DNA of 64,000 nt from Candidatus Eiseniibacteriota bacterium (lineage in GTDB: Bacteria > Eisenbacteria > RBG-16-71-46 > CAZAMP01). The stretch spans positions 3,904,001 to 3,968,000 of the forward strand of contig OZ245046.1 of the NCBI GenBank assembly GCA_965224245.1. The letters are read 5' to 3'. The position numbers and the translations under genes were made by a program. Positions 59,459 through 64,000 of this stretch are shown here, one piece after another. Below the pieces are notes generated by a model. The model had not been told where the DNA came from and did not search any database. It saw only the letters and a program-made list of their open reading frames with translations. Every line of letters starts with the position of its first letter. Position 1 is the stretch's first letter.

Positions 59459-60916
59459 CTACTGGACCAGAGCGGCCAGGTCGTCGCCGAGGAGGAGCCT
59501 GGGCGCGGTGCGCCCGCCGACCGGAATGGTCAGCGCCGCTCCCCACGTCCCGGCCGGAAGGCGATCTGTCACCGCGCCGTCGGCGGTGCTCACGCAGAAC
59601 CCGTCCTTGCCCTCGACGATCACTCCGACCGCGTCGAAGGCGTCGGCCGTCGGGAACGACACGTCGAGCTGATCCCGCTCCAGCAGCACGAGCCCGGCGT
59701 CCACGTCCACCGCTCGCAGCATGGCCGCGATCAGCACCGCCTGATCCAGCGCGGTGGCACACGATGCGCCCAGCGTCTCCTTCGGCCCCATCAGCATCCC
59801 GAGACTGATCGCCATCGGAAGCCGTACCTGCTCCTGGCGTCCGAGAACGGCGGCCGCGATGCGTTTGGCCTTGTCCCGCGCGTCGTGCGCGCCGGCGGTC
59901 ACCGATCGGGCCTCGCGCCCCACGCTCTTCTCGTCCTCGAGGGGCTCCTGGAAGGACTGCCGCATGAGCTGAGCCGCCACCGAGTCCCACGCGAGCCGCC
60001 CGTACGCGGCCTGGGTCGGCTTGGTCGACTGGTCCGCGCGCTCGCCCTGGATGCGGTCGGACATGAAGCGGCCGGTTAGCTCCTGCGCGCTGACGATGGG
60101 CCCGCCACCCCCGAAAGACTCTCCGGTGGCACGACCGTCGGTGTCGGCGAGTCCGCGGCGGATGGCCATCGGCTCGAAGAGCCACGTCGTCTGGACCACG
60201 CGCGGATGCTGCCCGTCCGAGAGCGCGGGGATGTTGGCCTCGCCCCAGCGGAAGCGCCAGCTCGTGGGCTTCTCCCAGTGCTCGTGCGGAACGCTCCCGT
60301 GAGAGGAGCCGGCCCACCAGTTGAACCCCGGCGACTGACGTCCACCCATGAGCTCGCTGGAGACCTCGATCACGATGTCCGACTGCAGCGACGGCAGCTC
60401 GCGGTCGAACGTGTGAGTGTAGTGCGGATTGACGCCCTCGATCTTCAGCTCGAGATGCATCGCCACGAAGTCGCCGGCCTCGAGGTCGTCGAGATCGGCC
60501 GTCCACAGCTCGTAGTCGTCGTAGCCGTCACACTCGTGCGAGGTCTTCGTGACCTTGAGCTTCTCGACCGCGTCGGGCCGGATCCGGGTGACCTCGAGCT
60601 TCTTGATCTCGTGTCCCGGGAACGACTCCTCGACCAGGCGAGAATGCTGACCGAGATCACCGGGATCGCGTACGAAGAGGATCCAGTCGCGACCGACCTC
60701 GGTCTCCACGCCGTCGCCGGTGGGACCGAGGCGGACGTGGTCGCGGTCCAGCACGACGACCGCGGACGCGTCGAACTGCGACATCAGTGAATCGCGCATG
60801 GCCGCATCCTGGTAGCGGCTCCACTTGTTCTTCTGCCGGCGGGCCTCGGCGTCGGTGGCGAACGATCCGACGATCACGGCGAGCGCCAGGATGAGCAGTG
60901 AGGTTCGACCAGACAT
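59459..60916 (-). CDS. DUF3857 plus transglutaminase-like secreted protein (catalytic residues lost)
   Basis: Signal peptide; ASAVVVLD, LEAGD, WGEANIPAL; ETLGASCATALDQAVLIAAMLRA; FDAV in place of FNH. Confidence 0.7.
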   Translation of the reverse strand: MSGRTSLLILALAVIVGSFATDAEARRQKNKWSRYQDAAMRDSLMSQFDASAVVVLDRDHVRLGPTGDGVETEVGRDWILFVRDPGDLGQHSRLVEESFPGHEIKKLEVTRIRPDAVEKLKVTKTSHECDGYDDYELWTADLDDLEAGDFVAMHLELKIEGVNPHYTHTFDRELPSLQSDIVIEVSSELMGGRQSPGFNWWAGSSHGSVPHEHWEKPTSWRFRWGEANIPALSDGQHPRVVQTTWLFEPMAIRRGLADTDGRATGESFGGGGPIVSAQELTGRFMSDRIQGERADQSTKPTQAAYGRLAWDSVAAQLMRQSFQEPLEDEKSVGREARSVTAGAHDARDKAKRIAAAVLGRQEQVRLPMAISLGMLMGPKETLGASCATALDQAVLIAAMLRAVDVDAGLVLLERDQLDVSFPTADAFDAVGVIVEGKDGFCVSTADGAVTDRLPAGTWGAALTIPVGGRTAPRLLLGDDLAALVQ

Positions 60917-61134
60917 GTCCTTCGCTCTCTTCTGAAAGTCTGACGCGGCTCGGCATCGGCGGGCACGGGCTCGCGGCGAAGCGCGGCGCGCGTTCATAGC
61001 CGGGGGGCTCCCCCGGTTGTACGCGCGACCGACCGGTCGAGTTGCCTCTTGGCGGATGAGCCGATGATGTGAATTCGCCTCGGTTCCGCGAGAGCGGCTC
61101 GGGGACGACCGGCGCCTGGAGGACGCCCCGCCTC

Positions 61135-63090
61135 TCAGGGCCGCCCGGCCGCATCCACGGCGTTCGGGTCGACCCCCATCGCCTCGAGTCGGCGGCGCGT
61201 CATCTGGTCCCCCGGATCCAGCCGCTGGGCCTCGCGATAGCAGCGGACGGCCTCGGGGGCATCTCCGCGGCGCCGGTGGATCTCGCCCAAGTGAAACCAT
61301 GACACGGCGTTATCGGGATGCTCGGCCAGCACGGCCTCGAACAGACGCCGGGCGTCGTCCGGGCGACCCGCGAGGCGGTAGACCACCCCCAGGTTGACCG
61401 TGATCGAGAGCTCCCCGGGGTTCGCGGCCAGCGTGGTCTCGCCGACCCGGATCGCATCCTCGTGCCGTCCGGCCGCCGAGTGGGCTCGCATGAGCCAGTA
61501 TCCCACCGTGAGGTGTCCATTGTCGTCCGCGAAGGCCGCCTCGAGATGCGGGAGCGCGGCGGTCAGATCACCCTCGCGGGCCAGCAGCCGGCCCAGGTTG
61601 CTGTGGGCCTGCGGGTTGTCGGGATCGACGGCGAGGGCGCGCGCGTAGGCCTCCCGGGCCTCGTCCTTCTCGCCACGACCCGAGTGGTACGACCCCAGGT
61701 TCACCCACGAGCGGGCCGAGGTCGAGGCCTCGCTGCCGTCCGCCGCGATGTAGCCCAGCGCGGTGAGTCGGCTCATGATCTCCGACTCGAACGCGCTCTC
61801 CGCCAGCGTGGTCTGTCGCTCGCGGAGCCACGCCGCGCTCTCGTAGGTCGGCACGCGGCTCGCCGGACGCCGGTCGGCGGGAACGACCTCGTCGATCACC
61901 CGTCCCGTCATGTCCTGGGACGGTGGAGCCCCGGCCAGCGCGAGCACGGTGGGGGCGACGTCCCGGATGCTCGCCTCGATCCGGGCGCCGGGAGTCACGC
62001 CCGGTCCGAGGGCCATGACCACCCCGTCCACGTGGTGCCATCGGGGAGCCTCGACGAACTCGCGACCGGCGGTCACGCGGGCCGGGCGGTCGGAACCGGT
62101 CAGGAACCCGTGATCGGAGACGATGAGGTACGTGGCCTCGCCGATCGACTTCATCAACCGTCCCAGGATCTCGTCCTGGTAGCGATAGAACGCCTCTACG
62201 GTCCGTCCGAATCGCGCCATCTCCTCCGGCGACGCGCTCGGATGGAGCGGCGGTGTGAATCGCATGTAGGTGTGCCCGGCGGTGTCGACGCCCTCGAAGT
62301 AGACGCTCAGCACGCGCGGATGCTCCTCGGCATACAACGTCTGGGCGAGCCGCTCCACGTTCTCCATGTTGGCGTAGATGTACCGGAAGTGGCGGACGGG
62401 ATCGTAGAAGTCCAGCGATCCGCCGGACTCGAACTCGGCCTCGGACACGTCGAGGAACGGCTCCGCCTCGGCGTAGGTGACCGTCTCGGGGGCACGGAGC
62501 ACCTCGAGCGCGGTCTCGGTCAGAGCAGGCGGGTAAACCAGCGAGCGGTCGGGTCGGTGCTCTCCGATGAACGCGTGGTAGCCGATGCGATCGGACACGA
62601 CGAAGCCGTGCTCGAGGATCTCCGCCGGCCAGCTGGCCCACCACCCGATGGTGCCCGTCGAGACGTTCGACTCGTCCAGGATGTTCCACCACGCCTTGCA
62701 CTGGCGGTGGAGCGACGTGATGACGATGGGCGACCCGCCGTCCGGATCCGGGGCCGTGAAGTCGAGCACCCGGTGCCGATCCGGGCTCAGCCCGGTCGCG
62801 ATCGTCGTCCAGATGATCGGCGACAGAAGAGGAGCCTCCGAGCGAAGCGTCCCGGACGCGCCCTCGTTCACGAAGCGGGCGAAGTTGGGCAGCTCGCCGC
62901 GCTCCATCATCGGGCGCAGCATGCTCCACTCCAGCCCGTCGAGCCCCAGGACGACGATCGGCGGCGGCCCCGAATCGCAGGACGGCCCGGCGATCGCCAG
63001 GATCGCGACGCACACGAGGGCGAGCGCGCCGGTGCCGTGGGGGCGGCGGCGAGTGAAGAGGGGCAGGATCGATCGGGGCGTGGTCGTCAC
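61135..63090 (-). CDS. Alkaline phosphatase superfamily (phosphodiesterase/NPP-like) protein with TPRs
   Basis: VLGLDG, SPIIWTTIATG, GVDTAGH, SDHGF, RLTALGYI, C-terminal TPRs. Confidence 0.88.
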   Translation of the reverse strand: MTTTPRSILPLFTRRRPHGTGALALVCVAILAIAGPSCDSGPPPIVVLGLDGLEWSMLRPMMERGELPNFARFVNEGASGTLRSEAPLLSPIIWTTIATGLSPDRHRVLDFTAPDPDGGSPIVITSLHRQCKAWWNILDESNVSTGTIGWWASWPAEILEHGFVVSDRIGYHAFIGEHRPDRSLVYPPALTETALEVLRAPETVTYAEAEPFLDVSEAEFESGGSLDFYDPVRHFRYIYANMENVERLAQTLYAEEHPRVLSVYFEGVDTAGHTYMRFTPPLHPSASPEEMARFGRTVEAFYRYQDEILGRLMKSIGEATYLIVSDHGFLTGSDRPARVTAGREFVEAPRWHHVDGVVMALGPGVTPGARIEASIRDVAPTVLALAGAPPSQDMTGRVIDEVVPADRRPASRVPTYESAAWLRERQTTLAESAFESEIMSRLTALGYIAADGSEASTSARSWVNLGSYHSGRGEKDEAREAYARALAVDPDNPQAHSNLGRLLAREGDLTAALPHLEAAFADDNGHLTVGYWLMRAHSAAGRHEDAIRVGETTLAANPGELSITVNLGVVYRLAGRPDDARRLFEAVLAEHPDNAVSWFHLGEIHRRRGDAPEAVRCYREAQRLDPGDQMTRRRLEAMGVDPNAVDAAGRP

Positions 63091-63340
63091 GGGAGATCCT
63101 CGGGGCCAGGGAACGTGCCGGCGCGGCGGCGCCGGCGGCGACGGGAAGCGCGACCTCCGGCGGCGGTTGCCGTCCATCGGCGCGACTCGCCAGCGTACCC
63201 TCGGGAGCGCCGTCCAGGCAACCGGCCCGGGGCCGCCCGACGGTGGCGTCGGGCCGGTGTTTTCGCTACGGTCCCCTCCGCCGCGCGCGCGGAGCCGTCC
63301 GTGCGCCCCCCGTTTCGCCGCTCACGAAAGGCCGTCACCC

Positions 63341-64000
63341 ATGACCGAGTCGGGCTCCGGCGCGACACCAGCCGTCATCTCGAAGCCCATCGTCGGCATG
63401 GCGCTGGCGCTCGTGGTCGTGCTCGCCGTGGTCAACGCGCTCGGGTTCTGCACGAGCAACCAGATCGAGGACGACGCGTTCATCTTCTTCCGCTACGTCG
63501 ACAACATGCTGGGTGGGCACGGGCTCACCTGGAACCCCGGCGGCGAGCGCGTCGAAGGCTACTCGAGCTTCCTCTACGTGATGGCGCTGGCCCCGCTTCG
63601 GGCGGCCGGCGCCGACCTGGCCACGGTCAGTCACCGGCTCAACGTGGCGCTGTTCGTGGCCACCGCACTTCTGGGGATGGTGCTCCTGCGAGGGGCTGCC
63701 GGTCGCTGGACCCCGGCGTCCATCCTGGCCGGCCTGCTCGTCGCGACGAGCTCCCAGCTCGCCGCGTACTCGCGCAACGGCATGGAGTCGATGCTGTTCG
63801 CGGCCCTGATCGTTCTGGCGTTGTGGCTCGTCGTGCGCGACGGCCGCCGTCCGGTCGACGCGATCGTGTCGGGGGCCGTGTTCGGCCTGGTCGCGCTGAC
63901 CCGCCCCGAGGGCATCCTCGTCTACCTGGGTGCGGTCGCCGTTCGCGCGCTCTCGCCACGCGATCACGGCGGCACGCGCCTGGACCGGATCGAGCTGATC
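63341..64000 (+). CDS. GT-C membrane glycosyltransferase (AftB-like), 5' part; runs off the window edge
   Basis: Not in the ORF track. Hand translation gives EDDAFIFFRYVDNMLGGHGLTWNPGGERVEGYSS, GMES.LF, LTRPEG. Confidence 0.8.
   Translation, partial: MTESGSGATPAVISKPIVGMALALVVVLAVVNALGFCTSNQIEDDAFIFFRYVDNMLGGHGLTWNPGGERVEGYSSFLYVMALAPLRAAGADLATVSHRLNVALFVATALLGMVLLRGAAGRWTPASILAGLLVATSSQLAAYSRNGMESMLFAALIVLALWLVVRDGRRPVDAIVSGAVFGLVALTRPEGILVYLGAVAVRALSPRDHGGTRLDRIELI

Overview
Very GC-rich (about 70%) chromosomal segment from a diderm bacterium. Two FlgD/Ig-type 'PNP' C-terminal domains and a 'TWGxxKxLY' C-terminal motif suggest the FCB-related Eisenbacteria/Krumholzibacteriota/Latescibacterota group; this is inference. 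Housekeeping content: a complete H+-type F1Fo ATP synthase operon (atpZ/I-B-E-F-H-A-G-D-C, minus strand, 13945-21490), rocD, rsgA, an isocitrate/isopropylmalate-family dehydrogenase, an ABC-2 exporter, two GT-C glycosyltransferases and several outer-membrane beta-barrels. The accessory content is dense in signalling: four ECF sigma factors, three Hanks-type Ser/Thr kinases, one pseudokinase and an HD-GYP response regulator. Best candidates for undescribed systems: (1) an ECF sigma / DUF4384 anti-sigma / 14-repeat FG-GAP surface protein / apparently exported TPR-CHAT (caspase-like) protease module, with a duplicated promoter motif (39650-48975); (2) a secreted 8-Cys mini-protein with its own promoter next to a membrane-anchored CGPC redoxin (22828-23785); (3) a cytoplasmic kinase-STAND-TPR sensor coupled to a phospho-type ECF, facing a secreted metzincin; (4) a DUF4266/DUF3570 pair flanked by two diheme cytochromes whose likely start codons share one CATG. 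Also seen: a perfect sigma-54 promoter with an upstream inverted repeat, and a candidate Na+ riboswitch. I saw no rRNA, tRNA, CRISPR array or mobile element. All family assignments come from motif recognition by eye, not database searches.
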